This document shows, piece after piece, positions 52,138-64,000 of a stretch of 64,000 bases of DNA (positions are counted from its first letter, which is position 1; each line of letters starts with the position of its first letter). Made by a program: the position numbers and the translations under genes. The stretch comes from Vicugna vicugna (Eukaryota). Below the pieces are notes generated by a model. That model was not told where the DNA came from. It did not search any database and saw only the letters and a list, made by a program, of their open reading frames with translations. The DNA is taken from contig MU057951.1 in assembly GCA_013265495.1 (NCBI GenBank), positions 283,599 to 347,598 of the forward strand. Direction: 5' to 3'.

Positions 52138-55100
52138 GTAAGCCTACGTGGAATCCCGGCCGCCCTGGCTGTGTGCCTGGGTTGCTTTCCTACATCCACA
52201 AAGGGATCAGCAAGAAGGGGAGCTGTCTTGCAGCCAAGGGGGGAAGAAGATGCAGCCTGAAGGTATTCAAAGTTTTAAAAATGAATTCATCTTTATTTCA
52301 GAGAGATCCATTTAGGGTTAGTTTGGATACTTACTACCCCTTTCCAACCAAGACCCCTGGTGGGACCCCTGGAGTTGCTGTCCAATAGGGTAGCCACAGC
52401 CAAAGAGGCTGGGAGTGCTGGGGAGGAGGTTGGTCTAAGCTGAGATGTGCAGAAGGTCAAATGGATATCAGATACTGAGACTTGTCTAGAAAAAAGAATG
52501 CAAACTATCTTGATAATTTTCATAATTACTACATGTCAAAATGATAGTATAATACATATTACATTAAATTAGATCTGTTCTTAGAATCACTTTAAAGTAT
52601 TTGTTTTTCTACTTTTTTTAAATGTGGCAACTGGAAAACTTTCTTTGTATGACTCTCATTGCATTCCCGTTGTCCTGGGACAGTCTCGTCCATTTGATGT
52701 ATAGGTGAGGGGCTGAATCCCAAAATGCAGCAGATCGAGGCACTAGCTGAGCTGGGGGTGGAGCCCGTGTCTCCTGCCTCCTAGGCTGTTCTTCCCGCCC
52801 GACAACCACCATGCAAGGTTAGGACATCAGAAACACCGCCAGGGATTTCCGAAGGAGCTCCTTATGCAGGGGAAGGCATGTCACGGAATATGGGACATAG
52901 TATGGAAAGATTCATCCTCACTTTGTCCCTGTGATAAGGTCAGTGGCCCCACTTTGCCCCGGAATTGCAGACGAGCTCTTCTGGGCCATCTGCCACCCTC
53001 TGCTCTGCTTCTCTGTGTGGCCATCCTGCCGTCCCTCGGGCAGAAGAGGGCGAGATGCCTTTGCTGAGAGGTGGTCCCCCTTTGCTGGGGAGAGCGAGGG
53101 AAGCTCTGTCCCCCGGCCTCGGGCCTCGGGCCCTAAGTCTGCTCTCCCCGCGCTGGAGAGCACGCAAGTCAGTCTCATAGGTGACGGTTGGTGGTCCTGG
53201 CACATGCTACCGGGCCCGCTGTGGAGTCGAGGCTCCGTAATTCTTGGACGTATCTAAGGCCAGACCATACATTCTGGGTTTTGGTAAGTTAGAGAAGACA
53301 CCAGAGAACTGACAAAAAGAAAGTCCCGGCCAGCCCTGCAAGTGAAAGGCACAGGGGACCAGAGTCCCACCTGCGTGTGATGCCTGGCGGGCTCTGGATG
53401 AATTTTCAGTTCCTCCCCGGACATGCCTCTATGGCTTAAGGAAATGGCGAGACATGTGGCCATGATGTGTACTTGTCCTCTCAGGGCTCTGTGATCTACA
53501 CACCTAAGCCCCCTTCTGCTCCTTGGAGATGAGGTGTCACGTTTAGAGCCCTGGGCACTGCTGAGGGCACAGCTGCCAGCACCAGCCCACTACCAGGCTG
53601 GCTCTGTTCACCTCACCTGTGACCTCCTGCTGAGCCCCCAGGTGTTAGGCGAGAGAGGCACATCGGTGTTGCAGTAAGGTGGGGCTGCACGTGCGCACAG
53701 CGCTGCAGTGTCAGCAGGGACCACCTTCTTCCCCTGGACAGACTGGTGGGTGAGAGGTGGAAGCCTGGAGCCCTGCTCCAGCCCCCTGGCCAGTGCCTCC
53801 TCTTTTGTCATAGGAGGCACTGGTGACATTTTTGCTCAGCAACTGCTTGGCTATGAGTCTGCGGGCCCACCGGAGATTGCCAGCTTGTTTTTGCCTTTTG
53901 AAGTCTGTCCTCGAGATTTGGCGGAGGAGCTAGTTTCAGGACAGTGTGCTTAGTGCATAGTGATTGACACTGTCACCATTGTTTACTCAGAACCTCGTCT
54001 ACCAGGCACAGCTCTGGACATCAAAATACAGCAGCGCATTAAACCTCCCTCCTGTTGGATCTGTCTGTTCTGGTACCAGAAGCACTCGGCCAGCATCTGA
54101 ACGTCAGAGAGATAAAGCAGCCAGTGAGCTCCAGTCAAAACGTTCTCTTCCCATCACTTTTACTCCATTGTTACTTTTATTCCATAGTCACCCAACTTTT
54201 AAAACAATGCTTTGCTGCAGGGGCAGAGCCTAATTCTCTCCTGCTACTCTTGGTAAGAGTGAGTAAAACTGTCCAGCCTGAAATGCGACCAAGTATTGTA
54301 GATCAAAAGCTGTCTAGGCACGTGTAGGGGGAGTTTTGGTTTGGGGCACTGACGACTTTAGGGCCCCCACTGCAGTGTCGCTCCCCTCACGCCCCTGGAT
54401 TCCCCGGAGCAGGAGGTGAGGGTGGGTCTCACTTTCCCCGCATCTCTGGCCTCATCACACTCACGTAAATTCTTATATTCATGCTGTCAAGGTTATTTTG
54501 GTTGTTGTGTATTTCTAACTTTTGCTTGTTCCTCTATTCCTTTTCCTCTCGTACCACCTTGTGAGCATGCTGTTGGGTCTGAAAAGGTGGGTTGTGCACA
54601 CCCTGAATTGGAAATACCTACACTTCACTTCGTGCTGCCTCCATCGCTTTAAAAAGCAAAAATTTAACAGCTGCCTTGACATCTTATTATTTTCTAAAGT
54701 TTTGAAATTTTTGCTTTGTTAACACATCACGCACTGGTGTTTGATATCTGTTAAAATCCTTGCTTGGAGGAGCCTGTTTGGTCCTCCTTATATTGGTGAC
54801 AAATGAGCCATTATTAATTTTGCTTGTTTGTTTGTTTTGAGGAAGTGAGATGCGAATTGATTTAGGTGGCTTCTGGGGGATGTTAATCAAGGGTATTTTC
54901 ACTTGGAAAGTTAAAGTCTTCAGTACCTTGCTTGAGTCTGGCTTTTACTCGCACGCGGTTCCTGGCCGTTGCTGTGAAAGGAAACTGACGGGGCTTCCTG
55001 GCCGGCGGTCACTGGGGAGGACGTGGCCGGCTGGGGGGGGTGAGTAGCCCACAAGGGGCGCTGTTGGAGAAAGCAGATTTCTTTTGCTTTTGCCTTCCCC

Positions 55101-58100
55101 ATGCCATTTACTTTTCTTTGCCTTCATAAAGGGGCATATGTGGGTCTAAAATCCATGTTATTCTTTTGTTCCCTTTACGACGCTGGTTTCTCTGAGTATC
55201 AGGAAAATGTGGCCTTCTGCTAAGTAGCTGGCTCACTTGGATCTGGTGGACACAAGGACTGCTAACGGGGACCGTAGCTTCCTCTCTGCATCAGCCAGTG
55301 GGCATTCAGAGCCGGGTCTGTGGTTTGCTTAAGCAGCTGTGCAGGCCTCCCTGCACTAGCCCTTACTTTTAACCCACGTTGGCAGTAAATAGCTGACTCT
55401 GTGTCTGTTGCAGCTGACGTCCACCACTGACGGCCGTGTCGTTAGTTTGCGGTAGTGAGACTCCAACACCCCAGTCAGCCGTGAAGGGAGATGCTTTGAC
55501 CGACCTAGGACCTTGCATTTTCACCCACACACTGGTTCATCTTACCCGGGGGAAGGGTTTGGCCACCACCGTCATGCTGGCCATGAGACCTTGTTTCTCT
55601 TTCATGCTCTGGTCCAAATGTGGACACTTCATTCTCCACTGACTTGGTCTCACTTCAGACAGGCCAGACTTCTGAAAGTGTCCATCACATTCTCGGGGCG
55701 GAACAGAAGTGTCGCAAGTAGAAGGAGTCTAGGCTGTCCGGGTTGGCAAATGCAGGCTGGGATCTGTGATGGCTGGGCTGTGCCCTGGACACAGGCCTTT
55801 CCCGTGGCTCTCGAGAGCCCAGGGGTTGGAGTGAGAACAGCCTTGCCTGGGTTCCTCCATCCTCATCTGCTCACTGGCAGGTGTGTCTGCTAAGTAGGAG
55901 CTCCCCCAGGCCTCGGGCCCTTAAAAGCTCATACCACGGGAGAACCTTGAGTCCCTTACCCTGGGCCTCCTTTGTGAGAATCCAGTGCCTTCTGAGGTGA
56001 CCAGCGGCAGGAGATGCCTCCCCCTCCAGGGAGCACCCTTAGGAGGACTGAGACTCAGTGCACCATGCTGTGAGCTTGTGGGGTTACGACCATGGTCCCT
56101 GCAAAACCAGACTTGAGATGGGCTTAGCGACGGAAATAACAGGACTGATTCCAGGGCAGGGCTTGGGGGAGGGAACAGGGGAAATTGAATGTGACCTCAA
56201 ACACCTAGGTGGGTTCTGGGGCTGTTACTAAGATGGGGAGCCTGGGAGGTACCTGCCAGGAATCGAATTCCAGAGTAAATGGTGGACATGAGGCGTTTTT
56301 AAGATGCCATTTGTCATCCAAGTTAGGACTTCAAAGAGGCACTCGGGTCTATGAGCCTGGGGCTCGGGTGAAGGAGCTGGACTAGAAATACACATTGGGA
56401 GTCGTCATTCTTAGCGGGTGTTCACAGCCGTGTAGGTGGATGAGCTCAACTCGAGAGGTGCAGACTGAGGATGAAGGGGGGCAGGGCTGTGCCTCGGTTG
56501 GAGGAAGCCCAGACCATGCAGCTTTGGTGTGTCAGACAGCGGCGTTTGCGATTTTCAGAGTAATCCCATTTATCCTTAAGGGGCCAGGAGGTGGGCAGGG
56601 CCATCCAGGAAGAAATCTGAAGGGAAGGTCGTGGGCACTTGTGTGTCTTGGGAAGATGCAGAGTCTGCAGGGTCCAGGAAGGGAGTCACCTCAGAAGCTA
56701 GAGTTGGAGTGGGGAGTGGGATGAAGGTAGTCACACTCACCTGTGAGGGAGGGAGGGAGGCCTAGGGAGTTCACACCCTACCGGACTCTCTTTCCCATGA
56801 ACAGAAGGCAATTAGACAGAGGATCTGAGGTGAGAAGGGATGGGTGCTGGGAGAGGAGCCAACCTGGAGAATGGTGCTTGGAAAGTTCTGGAATAGTCTT
56901 CCTGCAAAGTAGAGTTAAAAAAAAACTCAGACTTTTAAGAACATTGATAGTGACTGGGGAGGAGACAGTTCTTTTTCTGGCCTCCTAAGGGTAAGGCATG
57001 TATCCGGGGATACACAGAAGAATCCGGCAGTCTTTACCGGGGGCTTGACCCTTACCAGGGGGAACAGAGCAAGTTTAAAGGGGGAGAAGGGCATCGGAGG
57101 GAAACTAGCCAGGCCCCGTGTCAGGTACCAGTCGGCCGCCCTACTTGCGTGTTGCATTCACACCCATGCCTCCCAGGTGGGCGGTGGCAGCCGCCTTTTG
57201 CAGATTGGGAAGCCTTCTCAGAGGGGTTAAGGAATTGGTCCGTTTAGCGACTAGTAAATGCTTCAGCAGGATTCAAGCAGAGCCTTGTCACACTTCAAGG
57301 GAATGTTCTCTACTAATTCCGTTACCTCCTTGTTGTACCTGGAATGGTGAAGGGGGTCAGTTTTGGAGCCTTTCAGGAAAAGCGCGATTTATGTGCCTCA
57401 GGACTGTTTCACAAAGCTCAGTGTTCTTTGATGGTTCGGAAGCACCGCAGTGCTTTAGGCCTCACAGAGGTACGGTCTTTCTCCTTTGACGATGACGTGG
57501 TTGCAAATGATGTACAGGTGCAAAACCAGACTTAGCAGCTTCTGAAGGGAAACTCTCCAGTTCTCCCTTGATAGGCTTTCTTCCACAGGATGTAACCGTG
57601 CCGCAGCTTAGGCCTGAGCTTTCCGTATGCAGTGAGGGTTTGATATCCAATGTTAGCATAAAACAGTCAGATGAAGAAAATCGACGTTGACAGTTTGTTT
57701 TTGGGTTTCATTAGACAAGATATACTATCAGTTAATGGCCCATATAGCGAATGAAATTGAGTACAGACCATTGCATTTGTTACTTTCTATTTAGAGTTCT
57801 CTTACAGCATAAGGTTGTCTGCTTTGGAACATCAGCTCCACCACCAGGGCGCCTGTAACTGTGTTGGTGTGATTGCATTTAAACAGTGAATGTAATCTGG
57901 GCTTCCTCAACCCCAAACACTCCAGTGCAGAATCACGGGCTGTAGCCATCTCTTAGTCACGCAAATACTTCTAAAATTATATGATGCCAGAAAAGAAAGG
58001 AGGGAGAGAGAGAGATTGCCGTTATCAAAGTTCCTTTCAATTCTAACTGCAAACTGTTGTTGAGCAGCTCTGGTTTCCTTTGGATATGAATATATATATT

Positions 58101-59193
58101 TCTTTGCTTGTAACCTGGGTTTTGGACTAGAACACCAAGCTCTTGCTATCCACAAGCCACAAAAATAGTAGCCAAATTGCACTCTTGTGAAATATTTTAT
58201 TCTTTTTTCTGAGAAAGTCTCCTTGAATTTGGGACTTGGTCTGTGATTTTTGCTTTTTGCTTCTCTCACGCCTCTTGTAATCTCTCATTCCTTCCCACGT
58301 GGCCCCCAAGAGGTCGTGGTCTCAAAGGAGCGGGCAAATACCCAGTTGGTCACCATGCAGTGCTGCTATAGTGGGAGCCCAGCCAAGACCTAAAGAACAT
58401 TATCAGAGAGGACTTCCTGGAAGAAATGGCCTCTACATTCAGTTGAGAGGACAGAGTAAGAATCAGCCAGGAGGAGTCAAGAGGGAGGCTCAGGTGGCAG
58501 GAGGAGCCCGGGCAGAGGCCTGGAGGCTTGTGGGTGTGGACTCAGGGAGAGTGCCCTGTGCGGTCTAGGGTGCAGGGTGCCCTTCTGGGGAGGACACTGC
58601 AGAGGGCCTGGGGTGGAGGGCTTTGGAAGAGCTTGGGTTTTACTAGAACTGACACAGGAGGCAGTGAAGGGTGTCAGCAGGAAGTGACCCTCAGGACAGG
58701 TACTCCTGGTTTTGCTTCTGATGTTCTACAGAAAGAAGGTTTCGGGGTGGGCGATAGCAGCTCTTTTTGTCCGTTTGAGACCCACCCCTTCATTCATTTA
58801 TTCATAACACACGCACTTGTGAGTGTGTAGGGGAGAGGGATGGACCTACAGTAGTAAGCAAATCGTACTTGCCTCTTGCGAGCTTATCAGTTTCAGAAGT
58901 TGACTCAGCGTAAAATGTTCTAGGAACACAGCAGGGACACCTAACTAAAAGTGCAGGGGTTGGAGGCAGGGAAGTCTTCCTTTAGATATAGTGAAAATGG
59001 GCCTGGAGGCGAGTGTGAAGTAGCAGGTGGTCAGGGGGCCCCTGAGGTCACTGGGGACCTGGGTACTGCAGTGAGGCTGGGCAATTAGGGGCAGGGGTAG
59101 GGGTGGGGCTAGAACTCTACTAGGGAACCCCTGAAGGGTTTGAAGCAGGGGAGTGATGTAATCAAATTTGTGTTTTGGGAAGGCTGCTCTGGC

Positions 59194-59215
59194 TGTGTGT
59201 GTGTGTGTGTGTGTG
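59194..59215. repeat. (TG)n microsatellite
   Basis: Directly visible. Confidence 0.9.
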
Positions 59216-60829
59216 CAGTTGGGAACAAGGGGAGGGTGCCACCAAGTGGGAGGGTCATTAGAATACATTTCACAGGCTGGGAGATGACCAGTGGCAGAGG
59301 GGCATCGGAGCTGCCTGGGGACGGCAGGGGCAGTGGAGATGCAGTGTCTCCTTATGGGGAAGGCTTGTTAGCGGGGCCGCCCTAGCGGCGCCTTGTTGCT
59401 GGAAGAAAACAGATGGAGGCCGCCAGGTGGACTTTCCTCTTCTCTCCTTCCCTGCCTTCTGTGATGATCTTTGCTCAGCCAACATTTGGAACAGAAGAGC
59501 TAAGTTCCAGAGTAGCCCAGGACTTTGTTGAGCTCGTTTGAGTGAGCCCTGATAGGATTTATGTGTGTGTTGAGTTCTGCACGTTCACTTAGCTAGAAAT
59601 GCCCCGTCTTTTGGATTTCCATAGGGGTTTTTATTCTTGATAAAAATTGCTTTCTTGGTGAGAGGAAATTGAATACAGCTACTCTTTTTCCCAAAAACAA
59701 AATTTTATCTTTAAATAAATTTAATATTCAAAAGAATAGGAATATTTAAAAATGATCATGTAAGGCTTTGGTGTAATTTCTTTGGTGTCTGAGTTGATGT
59801 GGTGTTAGAGCCTTTGCATTACTTAATAGCACATCCTTGTCAGTATTTAAAGAGCTGTTAGTGAGTGCCCCAGGCCCCACCTCTCAAAGCATCACTAAAG
59901 TTTGCTCTGAAATAGTGAGGTCATAAAGGTCTTGTTTGCAGAATCCAAAGAGTTGGTTTATAATATGCAGCATAGCTCTCTTTATAAAATAACAAAAGGC
60001 TCAAAATTAAGAAATTGGAACATAATTGATTTTTTTTAAAGCTGAAACATAAACATTCTTGTGCTAATATTGCGACTGGAAATTTTGGAAAGAAAAATCC
60101 TACAGTAATATTATGTATGTGAAATACATATATGCCTTTCATGTTTGAAAAATAACTCGCAGTGTTTTTTGAAGTCAGGACCATTCCAGCTCTGATACTG
60201 GCAGTGATGGTTGCTGGTTTTCAATGGCAGAGCCTAAATTTGCCTTCTTAGCATTTTTTTTTCTTTTTTAGTAGTGAGAGGGTTGAGTAGTGCTTTGCCA
60301 CCATGATTTTGGGGCGATTTTGGGGCAGACGTCATGCACCAGCAGTGAGACATTTCTGTGCATTTTACTTTCTGGACATCACCTGGCCAGGATGCTGTAG
60401 GACTCCCTGGTCCATCGCCATTTGTCCTGGAGCTGTTTCAGATAGTGAATGACTTTCTGTGACTTGGAGGTAAGGTGATCTGATGCAGATGATCAGATGT
60501 GTAGTTAAAGGGCTGTTACTTGAAATAAGAGGAAACCTAGAAAAATGGCTCTAAAATACTGGATGAGGGAAGAGAATTGTCTGAGCTGCCTGCAGTGGGG
60601 AATCTTCTCAGGTGACTCCCTCACTGTGTATGCTGTCACACTCCCTCACAGCCCTGCACAGCATTCCTGCTGAAGCAAGCATGCACTTTCTCAGAAACGT
60701 GCTGAATTTCGTTGTGCCTCTGTTTGTTGGCCTTTTTTAAAAGCACATCTTGCCCTTTGCTCAAATGCCATCCCTGTTAGTCACCTCTGACACATATTGT
60801 TCCGGACCTCATCCATATATAGCTGCTAA

Positions 60830-61345
60830 ATTGATGAACAGAATGTAGTATCTCCATATAGTGGAATATTATTCAGATATAAGAATGAAAAAAATGAAAA
60901 AGAAAAAAAAGGGGGAGGATGAAAACGGCCACCTGCTCTTGGAACTCCACCCTGACTGCTCAACCAGCCCTTTTCCCTTTGAATCCCCACCCCTTATACT
61001 CCATTCTACTCTTTTTGATAGTACTTATCACTTTCTGATAAACTTTAACATTTTCAAAAAAAAAAGATGCTGATACCACTTAAACATGGACAAGCCTTGA
61101 TAACAGCATGTTAAGTGAAAGGAACCAGACACAAACGGCCACATTTTGTTGATTTCAGTGATCTGAAATGCCCAGAATAGGCACATGCAGAGGCAAAGAG
61201 CAGGTGTTGGTTGCAAGGGGCTGGGTGGAGGGGGGATGGGGTGTGACTACTAGTGGACAGGTGGTTTCTTCTGGGGTGATGAAGTGTTCTGGAAATAGAT
61301 GGTGATGAGGGCTGCGCAACCGTGAGTGTGCAGAAGACTGCTGAG
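60830..61345 (+). mobile_element. Old L1 (L1MB-like) 3' fragments
   Basis: gtggaatattattcag, aagtgaaaggaaccagacacaaacggccacattttg, ttctggggtgatgaagtgttctgg. Confidence 0.65.
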
Positions 61346-61881
61346 CGCTGTCTCTGGGAGTGCCTGTGGTTGGGGCGGCTTTATTTTGTTCTCACCCTGC
61401 AATGTGAAGTGTCATCTTGTGCTGAGGCCGTTCTACTCGTGTGAGTGGTGAGACGCAGAGACTTTGCAGAGTCATGTTTCTTTTTCCCCCTTGCTAATTG
61501 TAGGCAAAAATGTTTTAAGCCTGAGAAAGTGCTCCATCTGTAGAAATGTGTTTTAGTTTTGCATGGTGTAAAAATCTTGAGAGCTTTTTAATCGTTTAGG
61601 ACACTCTGTTGGGGGAAATAGCCCATGAAGCCTGAGTGAGACCGGGAAGAGCCGCGCTTCTCTCCCTGACACGGGTGGGGATTTCACCCCCGTTTAGGCA
61701 GTGAAGGGCCCAGACCCGTGAGCGGAGTTGACAATCGTGAATATTTATGTGTATCCGCTGCTTCATCTTGGATATTAATTTAAAGCTGAGTCAGTTAGTG
61801 GCAGTGGCAGTAGTCCTACATCAGGAATTTATAGTATCTGCTCTTTGAGGTGAAGACCAGACAGACTTGTTTATTTAACAG

Positions 61882-64000
61882 TCTGTCTTGAATTGATATC
61901 ACAGATTCCTTTGTCAATAGCAAAACAGCAGAAATACAGACATCCTTTGATGCCGATGTGACCTGAAGCAGGCTTAGTTTCTGTGCATCAGTGCCCTTAT
62001 CTGTGGGTAGGGAAGATGATAACAGTGCTTCCCTCAGAGGGGCTGGTGCGGGGGGGTGAGAAGCAGAAATGGAGGACTTACACAAGATGCTCATGAATGA
62101 CTGGATTTAATGATCTCAGCCTGGTGAGGCCTCAGGAGCAGAGATGTCAGAACAGAGCAGTCCTAGCCAGAGCTCGATCCGTGTCGGCAGCTGTGATTAT
62201 GATCAGTATCACCACTGTGGGTTATCAGGTAGTTTTAAGACTTCGTAATATGAATTCATGAATAATGTTAAAAGACTAGACAACTCAGATCCGGTTTACA
62301 TAGTTCTCAAGATTTCCTCTGAGAAAAGGGTGTCTTTTTTCCCCAACTTAAATCTGAGTTGAGTCTGCAAAAGAATTCTGTAGTCCTCCATCTTTGTGCT
62401 TTAATTCTCCATTTCTTCAAAAAATGTTTTTAAATGGAGTTACTGGGGACTGAACTGAGGACCTCAAGCATACTAAACACGTGCTCTCCCAACTGAGGTA
62501 TAATCTCTCCCCTTTTTTTTTTAACTATTCTTTCTTAGTATTCAGTGGTTAGAGGCCTCTAATTCTTTTTCTAGAGACTTGTTCATGAACCTGGAAGTCT
62601 ATAAATAATGGGCAATACGTGGCTTATTAAAAAAATCGATAGAACATTCTGCAATCCATCCAAAAGGAAAAGGTCATTGACTTAAAATGTTTCTCCTTTA
62701 TGGTGATTTCTACTTTTTGGTATTACTTAATTTCTTAACAGCCATCCTCATCAACATAATGACCAAATTCGTCCTGATTGGGCACCGACCAAAGACTAAA
62801 ATGCTTTCCTCATGTTTTACTTCATAGCAGGTGTTTGAGGGTAGGTATCATTGTCTCCTTTTTTGCAGCTGAGGGATTGAGAGATGGGGCAGCTTGTCCC
62901 AAATCACACACAGCTGGCGGTGGCAGGCTCAGGGCTGGAACCCAGGCTGCACAGGATGCCTTCTCAATTGCTCCTCTAATCAGCCTCCTATTGAGTGGTT
63001 TCCCAAACCCCTGTGAGTCCATAAATGACCGATTTTAGTGATCTCAGCCTGATGAGGCCTTCAAAGGAGAGACACCAGTGAGAATGTGAGACAGAGTGGC
63101 ATAAATTAAAATTGTACATTTTCACAAATATTGTATTCTCGGCTAATGACTTTAAAAGTTAGTGTTATTTATTCTAGTGTTCTGCAAGCACTAAAAACAA
63201 AATATTAAAAATGATTAAAATGCAAAAGAAAAGTGAGCTTTGAAAGTCCAGCCACTGCTAATGACTCATTGCTTGTTTTTCTCTAGTGGTGCTTATTGAG
63301 AGAAAAATTTACAAAATATGAATTGGTTTTATGTAGTTTTAGTATGGAAGAAAAAATTGTCAGTGAATATTGAAAGTAAAATCTTGACTCTTTTCTTTCC
63401 TGATGATGAATATGTAAGTTGTTTTCCATGGCTTAAGTACATTTCCTCATTTGTGAAATTTGAGTAATGCTGTTTAACTTGTCTTGACTGTGAGAGTTAG
63501 ACGCCTTATATACAAAGCACCCAAGAGGTGCTCAATAAAAAAATGTGCTGTCACAATGACAGTTTAGAAGAATCAACTCTAAATACTAAAGAGGGTGGCT
63601 TATTTCTGATACACATTCGATATGTGTATATATAATATATATGAATATGATTTACAGTAATAAGGATTCAGTTGTTTTTTAATGCAGTATAAAGTTTTGA
63701 TGAAATCAATGTCATTCTTGTAAGATAGGGACTAGTTAAATTGCCTTAAGCAGACGACATTGAAGATTATTTACACAGAATGTTTATTTTTACAACTCAG
63801 ATTTCATATTGCCGTGTAACCATCCACTAGAACATTTAAATTTGTAGGAATATGACCAAAACCATTAATTTAGAAAAATCAACATTAAATATTTTCAGGA
63901 AATAAGCTTATCTCTGTTGTGATTGAACAAAATTTTGATTTTTTTCTGTACTCTTAATAGATTTTAAAATATCAAAACATTGATTTGACATGTCACTTTT
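61882..64000 (+). pseudogene. Unidentified multi-exon pseudogene, copy 2: exons 61882-61971, 62742-62840, 63343-63413 and 63961->64000
   Basis: Phases 1-1 (90 nt), 1-1 (99 nt), 1-0 (71 nt) and 0- join into CLELISQIPLSIAKQQKYRHPLMPM*PEA|AILINIMTKFVLIGHRPKTKMLSSCFTS*QVFE|VWKKKLSVNIESKILTLFFPDDEY|ILKYQNIDLTCHF. Two in-frame stops; the first donor is GC. Confidence 0.7.
62426..62513 (-). mobile_element. tRNA-derived SINE (Vic-1 type), more diverged
   Basis: atggagttactggggactgaactgaggacctc...gtgctct. Confidence 0.8.

Noticed and set aside
52650..60800. Further exons, or an imprinted PEG13-like element, downstream of the TRAPPC9 exon
   Set aside because: I could support no TRAPPC9 peptide, consistent exon chain or recognisable sequence; the origin of this unique stretch is unknown.
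61882..64000. Naming the gene TBCE, TBCEL or FBXO47
   Set aside because: The resemblance by eye is far too weak for a mammalian ortholog, so no symbol is assigned.

Overview
Mammalian genomic DNA, very probably camelid, judged from three short tRNA-derived Vic-1-type SINEs. About 60% is nested, decayed LINE-1 (roughly 1-23.3, 27.4-29.1 and 38.6-47.6 kb, with two N gaps). I found no intact protein-coding gene. The non-repeat part looks like a mosaic of duplicated gene pieces. (i) A disabled, unprocessed copy of the first coding exon of TRAPPC9 at 51572-52137, with both splice sites kept. (ii) A chain of phase-compatible short exons from a gene I cannot name, absent from the ORF track and split between two paralogous blocks (24.9-27.0 and 61.4-64.0 kb) that keep complementary exons; the reconstructed C-terminus reads like a ubiquitin-like/RA beta-grasp domain. 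(iii) An orphan CpG-island promoter (NRF1 and ETS sites) whose second exon is cut off by L1. (iv) An LTR-less betaretroviral gag-dUTPase-protease-G-patch fragment abutting a 5'-truncated L1. (v) An inverted pair of LTR halves. All family assignments are by eye and from memory; no searches were run.
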